The position numbers and the translations under genes were made by a program. Of a stretch of 50,828 bases of DNA, positions 1 through 9,611 are shown piece after piece. Source of the DNA: Hyphomicrobiales bacterium (lineage in GTDB: Bacteria; Pseudomonadota; Alphaproteobacteria; Rhizobiales; Xanthobacteraceae); the NCBI GenBank assembly GCA_039649225.1, contig JBBWZU010000651.1:1-50828 (forward strand), written 5' to 3'. Position 1 is the stretch's first letter. Each line of letters begins with the position of its first letter. The notes beneath the pieces are model-generated. The model saw nothing but the letters and a program-made list of their open reading frames with translations. It was not told where the DNA came from and made no database searches.

Positions 1-17
1 GTGCCGCCGTACAAGAA

Positions 18-1322
18 ATGTCGCGCGTGCGCCGAGCAAAGGGCGCGCCCGACAGTTCAGGGAGGCCTCCGGTGCAGGGTTCCGATCGTCTTCATCCGCG
101 GACGACGCGGCGGCGCCTGCTTGGCGCAGCCGGCGCCGGCAGTCTCGCCATGCTATCCGCTCGGCTGTCGCGGCCGGCCTGGGCGCAAGCGGAAGTCGAC
201 TTGCACGCGCCGGGCGGTCCCAGCACGCGGCCGATGACGACAGCGTATCCGCAGAAGGGGCCGATGATCCTGCAGCGGACGAGCCCGCCCTGGCTCGAAA
301 CTCCGTTCGAGGTGTTCGACAAAGGCGTCCTCACGCCGAACGACCAGCACTATGTGAGCTGGCACTGGGCGAACTTCCCGAGCGAGATCGATGTCGGCAC
401 GTTTCGCCTGGGGGTGCGTGGCCATGTGAACCAGACGCTGGCGCTATCGCTGGACGATCTGCTGCATGGAATGCCACGCGTTGAACTGGCCGCGATCAAC
501 CAGTGCGCGGGCAACTCGCGCATCTACATGCAGCCGCGCGTGCCGGGCGCCCAGTGGGCCAACGGGTCGATGAGCAACGCGCTCTGGGGCGGGGTCCGCT
601 TGAAGGATGTGCTGGACCGCGCCGGCGTGAAGACGGGCGCGGTCCAGGTGCGGTTCGGAGGCCTGGACGAGCCGATCATCCCGGAGGCGCCTAAATTTCT
701 CAAGTCGCTCGACGTCGACCACGCGCGCGACGGGGAGGTCATGATTGCGTTCGCCATGAACGGCGAGCAACTGCCCCTGCTGAACGGCTTCCCGCTCAAG
801 CTCGTCGTGCCCGGCTGGTGCGGGGTCTATTGGATGAAGATGCTGAACGACATCGAGGTGCTGGACCAGCCCGACACCAACTATTGGACCTCGACCGGCT
901 ACCGTGTCCCCGATACGCCGAACGCGACCATCACGCCCGGGCAGGGGGGCGTGAACCTGGTGCCGGTCACCCGTATGCCGCCTCGATCTTTCATCACGAG
1001 CATCCGCGCGGGCGACACGTTGCACGCCGGTGCGCCGACGCCGGCGCGCGGCATCGCCTTCGGCGGCGATTGCGGCGTCGCCCGCGTGGATCTGTCGATC
1101 GACGGCGGCAGGAGCTGGCAGCCAACCCAGCTCGGCAAAGACGAAGGCAAGTACGGCTTCCGCCGCTGGCAGGCGCAATTCACGCTGCCCGCGCGCGGCG
1201 ATCACAGCCTGATGGTTCGCTGCACTAACAGCAACGGTGTGGCGCAGCCCGCCGCTCGGGTGTGGAATCCCGCGGGGTATATGAACAACACCGTCGAGAC
1301 GACCCACGTGGTTGTCGCGTGA
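18..1322 (+). CDS. sorA: Sulfite-oxidase-family molybdoenzyme, SorA-like periplasmic sulfite dehydrogenase
   Basis: 434-aa ORF with a twin-arginine leader (TRRRLLGAAGAGSLAMLSARLSRPAWA) and the Mo-ligand cysteine motif INQCAGNSR. A monohaem cytochrome c gene follows 15 nt downstream, as in sorAB. Confidence 0.8.
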   Translation: MSRVRRAKGAPDSSGRPPVQGSDRLHPRTTRRRLLGAAGAGSLAMLSARLSRPAWAQAEVDLHAPGGPSTRPMTTAYPQKGPMILQRTSPPWLETPFEVFDKGVLTPNDQHYVSWHWANFPSEIDVGTFRLGVRGHVNQTLALSLDDLLHGMPRVELAAINQCAGNSRIYMQPRVPGAQWANGSMSNALWGGVRLKDVLDRAGVKTGAVQVRFGGLDEPIIPEAPKFLKSLDVDHARDGEVMIAFAMNGEQLPLLNGFPLKLVVPGWCGVYWMKMLNDIEVLDQPDTNYWTSTGYRVPDTPNATITPGQGGVNLVPVTRMPPRSFITSIRAGDTLHAGAPTPARGIAFGGDCGVARVDLSIDGGRSWQPTQLGKDEGKYGFRRWQAQFTLPARGDHSLMVRCTNSNGVAQPAARVWNPAGYMNNTVETTHVVVA

Positions 1323-1336
1323 GGAGGACCAGACAC

Positions 1337-1669
1337 ATGCAAGGCATTCGGCTCGCGGCTGCCGCGGTCTGCGGCGTCGTTCTGCTGCCGCCTGCCGGCC
1401 ACGCCGCGCCTCTGACAACGCTCAAGTCGCTCAAGCTGGACGTGCCGACCAGCGATGCGATGGTCCCGCCCGGCCCGGGAGCGGATGCCGTCAACAACAA
1501 CTGCCTCGCATGCCATTCAGCCGACCATCTGATGACCCAGCCTTCGCTGCCGAAGGAAACGTGGGAAGAGGTCGTTCAAAAGATGATCACCGCCTACAAG
1601 GCACCGATCTCTCCGGAAGATGCCACCGCGATCGTCGACTACTTGGCCCGCACGAAGGGAACGAAGTAG
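1337..1669 (+). CDS. sorB: Monohaem cytochrome c, SorB-like electron acceptor
   Basis: ATG at 1337 is preceded by GAGGAGGA (1321-1328). Signal peptide MQGIRLAAAAVCGVVLLPPAGHA and a single CLACH haem-binding motif. Confidence 0.75.
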   Translation: MQGIRLAAAAVCGVVLLPPAGHAAPLTTLKSLKLDVPTSDAMVPPGPGADAVNNNCLACHSADHLMTQPSLPKETWEEVVQKMITAYKAPISPEDATAIVDYLARTKGTK

Positions 1670-2393
1670 GTACGCTGATAAATTGAACGCGTGACGCGAT
1701 GGCCGGCGCCGTGCGTCGTTCAGAATAATCGGATCCATAGCGCGATCGAAGGTATCCGGCCGCCGGTGACGATAACTAACAGGTAGTACCCCATGCGTTT
1801 CGGCACATGTTTTCGTGGCCGGACGCGCGTGTCCGCGCGGCGCAGTCTACGGGTAGCGGTCGGGCGCGGAAACGCGTTCGGCGGCCACGAATACATGGGT
1901 GACACGGCCTCGCGCGATGTATTCGGGCGAGGGCGGCACGCCAAAGATGCGCGATGACAGCATCTTCGCGCCGGGACGTGTCCGGCAGCCTGCTTACGTA
2001 GATCAGACGGAGGCGCGGGATGAATATTATTCGGCGTTTCTGGCCGCTGCGGTGGCGCTCTGCCTGCTGACCGCGTTCGGCTTTGCGGTTCCGGCCATCG
2101 CGAAGCCGTCACGAGGGTGAACAACCATGACGCCCTGGTCTGCTCCCGGCTGATTCTGTTGAACAAGTTCTGTGGAAAAAGTCTGCCTGCGCGTTCAAAT
2201 TGGCTGCTGCTAGGCGATCCACGTCGTGCCGCTAATCGCCAGATATAATACGCGCAAAAGCAGACTTCGATAACTCCAATAAGCTCTGGCAAGACGCGCT
2301 ATCCGGCGTCGTCTACGAAGACGATGAGTCAACTAGGAAAGCTGCATCTTTACCGCGATTACGACAAGCATATACCGCGAATTGAAATCGCAA

Positions 2394-2723
2394 TCAGCAG
2401 TTCGGAAGGTTTGCAGGTGAAGTCGCCGTACTGCCTGACGTAGAGCTGGGGCCGATGCCAGGCGTTGAGCCGTTCGTACTCTGGGCCGCGGTGCCGGTCT
2501 GAGACACACCAGACCCGGGGGCACTGGGGACCGTAGTTCCAGCGCCCGACGCCGTGTCCTTCAGTTTCGCTTGCCCGCTCGCATCTTTGCAATATGTCTC
2601 GGGCGAGACATTTTGACTTGTGCTTGTAGCGGAGCCGCTTGTTGGGTCAGTGGTCGACTGTGCGGCGGCGAGCGTCCCGCCCGCTAGCAACGCGTAGAAG
2701 GCCAATACTGCTACGGAATTCAT
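2394..2723 (-). CDS. Small secreted Ser/Thr/Gly-rich protein, unknown function
   Basis: ATG 2723 has GGAG about 7 nt upstream. Signal peptide MNSVAVLAFYALLAGGTLAAA, then a low-complexity STG-rich body with 2 Cys. Lies in the AT-richer, gene-poor patch. Confidence 0.45.
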   Translation of the reverse strand: MNSVAVLAFYALLAGGTLAAAQSTTDPTSGSATSTSQNVSPETYCKDASGQAKLKDTASGAGTTVPSAPGSGVSQTGTAAQSTNGSTPGIGPSSTSGSTATSPANLPNC

Positions 2724-3029
2724 GAAGGTACTCCGTTGTCTATTTGTCTGCTTCACCGGTTGAATGACGAGGTCAACGTCTGTGAACGCTCCGCCAACCA
2801 GCTCCTCGTTACTTGCCAGCGTATTCCACGTGGTCACCATCCGCGGATATCTCAAGGGCGACGGCTCGTTGTTAGCAGCTTCAGCAAGGGCTTAAGTAAT
2901 CGGGAGCTTTCTCTCGCGTCGCTTCTGCATTCATGTCCGCACCCCTCCGAGACGACGTACAATGGAATACGCAACTAAGCCGTGTCCCGCTTCATCAACA
3001 TTGCGGACAATCGCGAAATCTTGGCGTGA

Positions 3030-3191
3030 TACTCTGAAGGCCTATGGCCACCGGCAGCCCGCGCAAAATACGGAACTGAGGAAAAGCTAACGGAAACGAT
3101 TGAGGCCTATTTCACAGGCCTGGAAGCAACACTGAAGTTTCCAATCAAAGCGGGCCTTTGCGTCGCCCTTGGTATCTCCCGGAACACGTAG
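3030..3191 (+). pseudogene. Remnant of a phage small terminase (gp3-type DNA-packaging protein)
   Basis: An open frame with no start codon reads ...AKYGTEEKLTETIEAYFTGLEATLKFPIKAGLCVALGISRNT, then TAG. This fits the K-[FY]-x-T-x-E-x-L..I..YF....P....GL..ALG.SR pattern of gp3-like small terminases. The expected continuation appears only in another frame. Confidence 0.4.
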
Positions 3192-3369
3192 AGCATACCG
3201 AAAGCGCCTGCCCGGCGCGTCCATTCTCCAGGCGTTGTAAAGTAGCAAGACGCCGCTCGCGGCGCCCGCATCTCCCGCAAATCAGCCCGCGTCGACTTCG
3301 ATACGGCACAGCTCGATCAGATCATCGGCGTCAACTCGAGCGTCCGACCTGTATTCGATTTTGATAACA

Positions 3370-3403
3370 GTGACCGCAGGACTCGAGTGACCGCAGGACT
3401 CGC
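3370..3403. repeat. 17-bp tandem duplication (gtgaccgcaggactcga / gtgaccgcaggactcgc)
   Basis: Two adjacent copies differ only at the last base. They lie in the non-coding decayed patch. Confidence 0.8.
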
Positions 3404-3991
3404 GCGCGAACCTGAAGATCGTGGTCTAGCTCCTCGGTCAACGCATCGCCAGCTTGATCGCCGCTATCGCGAGCAGGAGCGCCACGTAGAGGGCTATCCA
3501 AAGCGATAGTCGCCACTTGGTCAAACTGCGCGCTCCGCTGCGAACATGGCGGCGTTACTAGCTCTCGCGCTCGAAACTCAACCGCCTGATTACGCTAATC
3601 GCGTCCTTTGCAACACTTTCTGACTCAAAAGAAACCCGTTACGCGATGACGGTACCGGTCGCATGCGAGCGTATCTCCCGGCGCAATGATCTTGCTCTAA
3701 GGAGTGCGCTGGTATCCCACTCCCGGGATCCCAATTTGCTGGGTTCGTCAGCCCGGTCCTTGCTCCCGACGTTCTGAGCATCTGTAAGCAGCGCGATCTC
3801 CACAGTCTAATGCAGCCGTCATCGTTAGTGTGGCAATTCGATCCGATCAGCGTAGTGCCGATAGAGTTGGGAGAATTCGGCAGCCAAATCGTAGCAGATG
3901 ATGAGTGTGGCTGTGGAAAACTCCCAATGCGCACCAGGTGTGCCGCAGCTCTGCATTTCCAGAGTGAACGAAGACCCCGTGCAGGGCGGTG

Positions 3992-4558
3992 TTATGCAGC
4001 ATGACGCCGCCCGCGCGCTTCGCCGAACAGCTTGATCATCTCTCTGTTGAATGCCGGGATGTCATCGGGGCTACGGCTCGTGACCAGGCCGTGGTCCACG
4101 ACCGCTTCCTGATCCACCCAATCCGCCCCGGCATTCTTGAGGTCGGTCTTCAATGAGGGCCAAGAGGTCATCCGGCGCCCGCGTGCCGCTCCGGTCTCGA
4201 TAACGGTCCACGGACCATGGCAAATCGCTGCGACCGGCTTATTGGCATCGAAGAACGCCTTCGCGAATGCTACCGCTTTCGGCTGCATGCGCAGCGCGTC
4301 GGGATTGATGACCCCACCAGGCAAAAGCAGCGCGTCGAATTGCTCCGGCTTTGCTTGATCGAGTGGCACATCGACCTGGAGCTCGTCGCCCCAGTTGATG
4401 AAGTTCCAGGCCCGCACGCGTTCGTCCTTCGGCGATACAATTTTCGTCGTAGCCCCGGCTTCGTCCAGCGCCTTGCGCGGCCTGCTGAGCTCGACCTGTT
4501 CAAACCCGTCGGTGACCAGGATGGCCACATTCAGTCCGTTAAGGTTGTCGTGTGCCAT
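3992..4558 (-). CDS. DJ-1/PfpI family protein (PfpI/YhbO-type)
   Basis: ATG 4558 has AGGAG upstream. Nucleophile-elbow motif AAICHGPW and the typical LLLPGG and VDHGLVTSRSPDD segments. Confidence 0.85.
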   Translation of the reverse strand: MAHDNLNGLNVAILVTDGFEQVELSRPRKALDEAGATTKIVSPKDERVRAWNFINWGDELQVDVPLDQAKPEQFDALLLPGGVINPDALRMQPKAVAFAKAFFDANKPVAAICHGPWTVIETGAARGRRMTSWPSLKTDLKNAGADWVDQEAVVDHGLVTSRSPDDIPAFNREMIKLFGEARGRRHAA

Positions 4559-5013
4559 GTGCGAACTCCTTTCGAACCAAAGTGGGCGCGGATGTTCTCC
4601 CATCGCTCTCGGGCGCTGAGACGGTTCGCGACACCCCGTACGCGCGCTGCAATCGTCGATAGCTGGACTGACGACATCCCATAGTTACAGTCGCAAAAAA
4701 GCGTGTGAACCTCGTTATCCGAGAGATCGAAGAATGCCATCGCATCGCCAATCGTATCGCCGGCTAGCCCCGCCCAGCGGAATTCCACATCCGCGTAGGC
4801 GAGCGCGAGAGGAGAAAACTCGCCACGTAATGCGCGCCGTTGAACTCTCGGCACGTCTTCTATCCGTGTAAGCAACCGGATTGGTCCCATGTGAGTACTG
4901 AGCAGGTCCGCCAGCCGATTCAATCGTTGCCTCCGCACAGCCCTTCTGCTCAGATTCGGGGCTGGCACAATCGTCGCAATTCGGCTCATCTCGTCTAGCG
5001 TGCGGTGCTCCAT
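4531..5013 (-). CDS. Hypothetical protein (no family recognised)
   Basis: 160-aa ORF that overlaps the DJ-1 gene start by 28 nt, which looks like an operon. A perfect FixK-type box is centred about 64 bp upstream. Confidence 0.5.
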   Translation of the reverse strand: MEHRTLDEMSRIATIVPAPNLSRRAVRRQRLNRLADLLSTHMGPIRLLTRIEDVPRVQRRALRGEFSPLALAYADVEFRWAGLAGDTIGDAMAFFDLSDNEVHTLFCDCNYGMSSVQLSTIAARVRGVANRLSARERWENIRAHFGSKGVRTWHTTTLTD

Positions 5014-5069
5014 GGAACTCTCCAGTGCGTTGCCAGCGCATATCTTGTCGCTGCGTTTCTGATCTGTAA

Positions 5070-5083
5070 TTGACGGCTGTCAA
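5070..5083. promoter_or_regulatory. FixK/FNR-type box TTGA-N6-TCAA (ttgacggctgtcaa)
   Basis: Perfect palindromic half-sites, intergenic, centred about 64 bp upstream of ATG 5013. Confidence 0.65.
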
Positions 5084-5367
5084 CGCGATCTGGTTTGGCC
5101 GGTTGGTAGGAGCCGCGTGTCGGGTCGCGGTTTCGCTCCGTAGAAAAATTTGTCGATTGCGACGTTTGTGTCGCGCCTTGCTCGCGGCCCGATGCCGGCG
5201 CGCAACCCCGTAGGACGCAGGACGACCGACGTTCAACACAGAGTGGAGATTTCCATGCTTCAGCTCGTGGCGATCGGATGGCGGTTGCAGGCGGATCCAT
5301 CCGCGAAAGAGGCTTTCGCCATGAGGACTGACATTGGTCCCAGCCTTCGCGCTTCCGCCTGCTGAAT

Positions 5368-6141
5368 TCATCGTGCGGCGCGGCCGCCGATTTCGTTGGG
5401 GTCGAGTTCCTGGCTCTCATGTTCCAGATGCAGATAACTGATGTTGAACATCGCGACTTCCTTCAGCCGCTCGAGGTCCGGAATAGTCAGTTCCTTTCCG
5501 CGTAGGACGATGAGATTTTGACTCCGCAATTCCCGCAGCGTCCGGTTCACATGCACCGTCGACAGGCCGGTCGCCTCTCCAAGATCGCTTTGCAGCAAAG
5601 GGAATTCGCAACGGTTCCGACGCGTTCGACCGATGACGTCCAATTTGATGAAAAGTTCGCAGAACAGGTGCGATATGCGCTCCAGCGCGGTTCGCTGACC
5701 AACGTTCAGCGTCCATTCGCGCTGGACGGCCATCGCGACAAGCGTATCCCACCAGAAGGCTTGCGCGATGCGAGGATGCTGAGAGGTCACATGTTCAAAC
5801 TTGTCCCGCGTGATCTCGGCATACGTAAGCGGTGTCAGCGCTGCGATTGTGTGATCCATTTCCCGCAGAATATAGATATTCAGCTCGCACAGATCGCCCG
5901 GAAGAAAGAATGAGAGGATTTGTCGCCGCCCATCTTCGAGCATTTTGGTGCGGCACGCCCATCCGGACAGGATCACCTTGAGCGTCTCAGGATTGTCGCC
6001 CTCACGCGCGACGTCCTCTCTGCCGCCGATCTTCTGAATTCTCTCTTGAACCAACTTGTCGAGCGCGCGCTCGTCCTCCGCAGACAGCCGAACGAATTTT
6101 TGCAGCTTCCGGATCAGAGGGGTCTCGGCTCCCATGTCCAC
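5368..6141 (-). CDS. Crp/Fnr family transcriptional regulator
   Basis: cNMP-binding-like beta-roll plus a C-terminal HTH (GLSTVHVNRTLRELR). There is no N-terminal Cys cluster, and the recognition helix is not the E..SR type. Confidence 0.85.
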   Translation of the reverse strand: MDMGAETPLIRKLQKFVRLSAEDERALDKLVQERIQKIGGREDVAREGDNPETLKVILSGWACRTKMLEDGRRQILSFFLPGDLCELNIYILREMDHTIAALTPLTYAEITRDKFEHVTSQHPRIAQAFWWDTLVAMAVQREWTLNVGQRTALERISHLFCELFIKLDVIGRTRRNRCEFPLLQSDLGEATGLSTVHVNRTLRELRSQNLIVLRGKELTIPDLERLKEVAMFNISYLHLEHESQELDPNEIGGRAAR

Positions 6142-6297
6142 ACCTCACACTGCCGCCTGCTCCACGCACCAAGCCAGCCAACATCTCACATGAAAGTCCC
6201 TATACTCTCGCGGAGAGACCCGCAGGCGGAGCCAGCCCCTTACGGCCCTTCTTGTGACGTATTCTGACCTTGGAGCGAAATCCGAGGCGAGTGTGTC

Positions 6298-6486
6298 TCA
6301 GATTGTTTGAGCAAAATGGCGCTCATCAGAATCACGCAGGCAGCGGCGGCGCCGCGATGACAAGGTTTTTATGTTGCTCTGGTGGAATCTGATCTTCTCC
6401 CGCTCAGAGATTGCTGGCAAAAGCTGGATCGGACATGAACCAGCGACAAAACGCAGATAGCCCTTCCAATAGGCACGTGGAGGCAT
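6298..6486 (-). pseudogene. ku: Truncated Ku (NHEJ end-binding protein), N-terminal about 50 aa only
   Basis: MPPRAYWKGYLRFVAGSCPIQLLPAISEREKIRFHQSNIKT matches the conserved Ku N-terminus (RA.W.G.I.F.....P....A......IRFHQ). The frame stops after 62 aa, whereas full-length bacterial Ku is several-fold longer. Confidence 0.55.
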
Positions 6487-6519
6487 TGGGCACTCCATTC
6501 GCGGATTGCCTAATCGAGT

Positions 6520-6969
6520 TCAACTCGTCCGCATTGGTTCCTGGATTCGGGGCCAGAGCGTGCGAATCTCCTTAGGCAGGACTTGGATCACGTCATCAAT
6601 CTCTCCTGGAGATATATGGGTCTCCAAGGTCTGAAACACCGCACGGGTTGCTTTTTCGGTGTCGATTGGCTGTGTCTTGGCGATGCGCGCGGCTATTCCG
6701 GCAACGAATTCATCGCGCGAGCGTATCTTGTTCGGCTTGCCGGCGGGATGCCATGCCTCGTAATAGATGCCTCGGACCAGCATTGGGAGCTGGTCACCGA
6801 ACTGGGCCGCCTCGTTGACCACCAGACGATCGCGGAGGCAGTGAAGCACTGCCCGCAGGACCTGATAGGCGCCGTGCCGATCTAGATCCAGCGCCTGCGC
6901 GATCTCCTTGAGCCATGTGTTTGTCTTATGAAGCGTTTCGTCGAACACTTCGAGGCCGGTTGAGCTCAT
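6520..6969 (-). CDS. DUF2267 domain protein
   Basis: 149 aa from ATG 6969. The sequence (FDETLHKTNTWLKEIA...AYQVLRAVLHCLRDRL...LPMLVRGIYYEAW) matches my recollection of DUF2267. Confidence 0.65.
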   Translation of the reverse strand: MSSTGLEVFDETLHKTNTWLKEIAQALDLDRHGAYQVLRAVLHCLRDRLVVNEAAQFGDQLPMLVRGIYYEAWHPAGKPNKIRSRDEFVAGIAARIAKTQPIDTEKATRAVFQTLETHISPGEIDDVIQVLPKEIRTLWPRIQEPMRTS

Positions 6970-7087
6970 TCCGCACTTTCCGAATTCGAATTCAGACACG
7001 CAGGCGAATCTCGCGCCGACCGCCACATACGCGCATCAATCGGTGCATCTTTGCAGTCAACTATAGGCCGAGGGGTCATATGTCGCC

Positions 7088-7101
7088 TTGATCACCGTCA
7101 A
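7088..7101. promoter_or_regulatory. FixK/FNR-type box TTGA-N6-TCAA (ttgatcaccgtcaa)
   Basis: Perfect half-sites, intergenic, centred about 126 bp upstream of ATG 6969. Confidence 0.55.
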
Positions 7102-7436
7102 TCTTCATGTGCCGTCCTGACAATAGAAAAGAAGCTCGCCGGCGATCGAGAGTTGCCTGAGCATAATTCAGCTCGATTCCTTGCATCGGTTCGATGTCAA
7201 TGAGCGTCGATTGCCGAGCGGGGCAGAATGGCCTCTTCAGTCGACGCCGTGGCGTATGCGCCGGTTCTTGTCCATGAGCTTCGACGGGATAGCGGTTGGG
7301 CGGATTCGAGGCTTCAATCAGCGGTGAAGCGCAGGTGATCGCTGCCGGAAGCGCGCGCGCACCTGATCAATCGTGGCGCTCACGTGACCCAGGTCTGTCC
7401 GCGCCGTTGAGCAATTGCATTCCGGGTTTGGGCACG

Positions 7437-7982
7437 TCATTGCGGATCGAAGGGAGAATTCGGGCTGGCGCTCGGAGACGTGGGTGGGGATTGTTGGAGA
7501 AGCTGAGACTTGCGCTCGCGGCTGTCCTGATCCCGAACCAGCCAGTATACGCAACCGAGTGCCAGGATGGCCGCAGCCAATGCGAACAGGTGCAGCGCGT
7601 CAGTCACGGACATATCAAGGATCAACAATTTTCTGACGATAGCGAGCAGCGCGATCAGAACAACTGTGCGAACCTGCACAACGCTATCGCGGCGCTTCGC
7701 GACGACCAGCAAGGATCGCTTGAACTCGAGTGCGATGATCACCGTAAAGATCATTCCGAACAACGCCTGGAATACCGCATTGTCAGTCGGGTCGAAGTCC
7801 CGCGATGCGATTATGCCGGCGAGAATTTTCAATACGAGATTCCAGACCGCGAGCGCGACGATGAGCGCTATCAGCCCCGTCAGGATCAAGATGACGGCAT
7901 GCTCAAATTTTTCGTAGGCCGTCAGCAGCCCCCACGCGCCGAGTGCGCTGGCAAGCTCACCCTCTCCTTGATCCGATGCCAT
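7437..7982 (-). CDS. psiE: PsiE-family (phosphate-starvation-inducible) membrane protein
   Basis: ATG 7982 has GAGGA about 7 nt upstream. Four hydrophobic helices and a PsiE-like core (IIALEFKRSL...VRTVVLIALLAIVRKLLILD). Confidence 0.65.
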   Translation of the reverse strand: MASDQGEGELASALGAWGLLTAYEKFEHAVILILTGLIALIVALAVWNLVLKILAGIIASRDFDPTDNAVFQALFGMIFTVIIALEFKRSLLVVAKRRDSVVQVRTVVLIALLAIVRKLLILDMSVTDALHLFALAAAILALGCVYWLVRDQDSRERKSQLLQQSPPTSPSASPNSPFDPQ

Positions 7983-8005
7983 CGCAGGTCCTCGTTGCAA
8001 CTACC

Positions 8006-8842
8006 TCAAATGGCCGGCCTGACCACTCCTTTTTGCCGCGGTACCGGCAAATATTCCACACCGCCGGCCTGCTGGCGGATGGGCTGCGGATAGAGCTTCA
8101 TCAATTCGAGAACAGAAGCCGGAATGTTGGTGCTCACGGGCAACCCAAGTTCTTTGGCAGTCGATGGGAAGATCGGATAGTCGTGCGTCCACGTTCCGGT
8201 GGAGAGCTTCTCCGCCAGCGCGCTTGCCTTATCTTCCGGCATCCGCCCCTGCAGTAGTTCTGATGCAGCTTGCTTTATCTGCGCGATGGCTTTGCGGCCG
8301 ACATCGGCCTGGATCAGGGTTTGATCATCAACCCTGGCGATCGGCTTTGCCTCCGCCACCTTGATGAGCGAGGCCGCCGGCGATTGGCCGACCTGCGGAT
8401 CAATCGGCCCGAGCACCGCATGCTTGGACATGACGATCTCATTGGCGGCGAGTGAAATGAGAGTCCCGCCCGACATCGCATAATGGGGCACGAAGGCCGT
8501 GACCTTCCCCTTGTGCTCGCGGACTGCCCGCGCGATCTGCAGCGCAGCGAGCACAAGCCCGCCCGGTGTGTGCAAGATGATGTCGATCGGAATGTCGTCG
8601 TCGGTCATCTGGACCGCGCGCAAGACATCTTCCGAGTCGTTGATATCGATATAGCGCACGAGCGGGAAACCGAGGAACCGCATCGTCTCCTGCCGATGCA
8701 CCAGCAGAATGACACGCGAGTTCCGCTCGCTTTCGATCTGGGCGATCTTGCGGGCGCGCATGGCGTCGTTGAGGCGCTGCCGCAGCACGGGCTGAAGCGC
8801 TGAAAAGATGAAGAATAGCCAGAAGAGATCGCCGATTGACAT
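8006..8842 (-). CDS. SDH-family Clp-fold membrane serine protease (DUF114-like)
   Basis: N-terminal TM segment LFWLFFIFSALQPVL, a ClpP/SppA-like fold with the serine motif HYAMSGGTLISLAA, and GAGGAGG upstream of ATG 8842. Confidence 0.7.
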   Translation of the reverse strand: MSIGDLFWLFFIFSALQPVLRQRLNDAMRARKIAQIESERNSRVILLVHRQETMRFLGFPLVRYIDINDSEDVLRAVQMTDDDIPIDIILHTPGGLVLAALQIARAVREHKGKVTAFVPHYAMSGGTLISLAANEIVMSKHAVLGPIDPQVGQSPAASLIKVAEAKPIARVDDQTLIQADVGRKAIAQIKQAASELLQGRMPEDKASALAEKLSTGTWTHDYPIFPSTAKELGLPVSTNIPASVLELMKLYPQPIRQQAGGVEYLPVPRQKGVVRPAI

Positions 8843-8869
8843 GACAAGCCTCCTCGCGTGAGCAGGGGT

Positions 8870-9610
8870 TCATGGCCGGCCCGATGTGTCGAAGCCGAGA
8901 ATGCCTTCGTCGGGATAGTAGGCGCGGTAGGTCCGTTCGGAACGAAGCAGCACGGGTCCAAGGACTAGTCCGGCAAGGAAGCCCCCGATATGAGCCCACC
9001 ACGCGACGCCGCCGCCTGTCGATGTCATCAGCGTCTCGGTGGCGCCCTGCAGCACTTGCAGAACGAACCAGAGACCGGCGAACACGAGCGCCGGTATCTC
9101 GAAGAACAGCGGAATGAAAATGATCGGCACCAGCACGATCACGCGAGCGAATGGGAACAGACGCGCAAAGCAGCCGAGTACGCCTGCGATGGCTCCCGAC
9201 GCGCCCAGGGCCGGCACCGTGGATGTTGGATTGAAGACAGCGTGCGCAAGGGCAGCCGCGACTCCACAGCCGAGGTAGAAGGCCAAATAGGGGCCGTGAC
9301 CGAGCCGATCCTCGATCGTCGGGCCAAACAGCCACAGCATCCACATATTGAGAATGAGGTGCAGCCAGCCGCTGTGCAGGAACATCATGGTGAAGAACGG
9401 CAGGTAGTCGAGCAGCGCCGTAGGAACATCGCCATAGGCATCAGGCGCGAAGTATCGCGCCGGGATGAGCGCGAGAGAATAAAGGAATTCTTCAAGCTCG
9501 GTGCGGCTGAGGCTGATTTGAAACAGGAAGATCAGTGCATTCGTTAGAATGAGCCACCATGTCACGATCGGCGCGTGGCGGGTCGGCACGGTGTTGCGGA
9601 TCGGGAACAT
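8870..9610 (-). CDS. Rhomboid family intramembrane serine protease
   Basis: Polytopic protein with the catalytic GASGAIAG motif, the HIGGFLAGLVLG motif, and MFLHSGWLHLILNMW. Confidence 0.85.
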   Translation of the reverse strand: MFPIRNTVPTRHAPIVTWWLILTNALIFLFQISLSRTELEEFLYSLALIPARYFAPDAYGDVPTALLDYLPFFTMMFLHSGWLHLILNMWMLWLFGPTIEDRLGHGPYLAFYLGCGVAAALAHAVFNPTSTVPALGASGAIAGVLGCFARLFPFARVIVLVPIIFIPLFFEIPALVFAGLWFVLQVLQGATETLMTSTGGGVAWWAHIGGFLAGLVLGPVLLRSERTYRAYYPDEGILGFDTSGRP

Positions 9611-9611
9611 G

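Noticed and set aside
1720-2292. 190-aa minus-strand ORF and the 73-aa plus-strand ORF at 1899-2120
   Set aside because: Both have Arg/Pro-rich, non-protein-like composition. The plus-strand frame contains only a signal-peptide-like fragment that stops after a few residues. These are probably relics, not genes.
3590-3934. 114-aa minus-strand ORF and nearby short frames in the decayed patch
   Set aside because: It has no SD, an odd composition and no recognisable motif. An alternative 43-aa frame (…HWEFSTATLIICYDLAAEFSQLYRHYADRIELPH) looks more protein-like, but it is too short and lacks the context needed to call it.
7296-8093. 265-aa plus-strand ORF
   Set aside because: It is antisense to the PsiE-family gene, which has clear TM helices and an SD. 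It has no recognisable motifs and a low-complexity charged composition.
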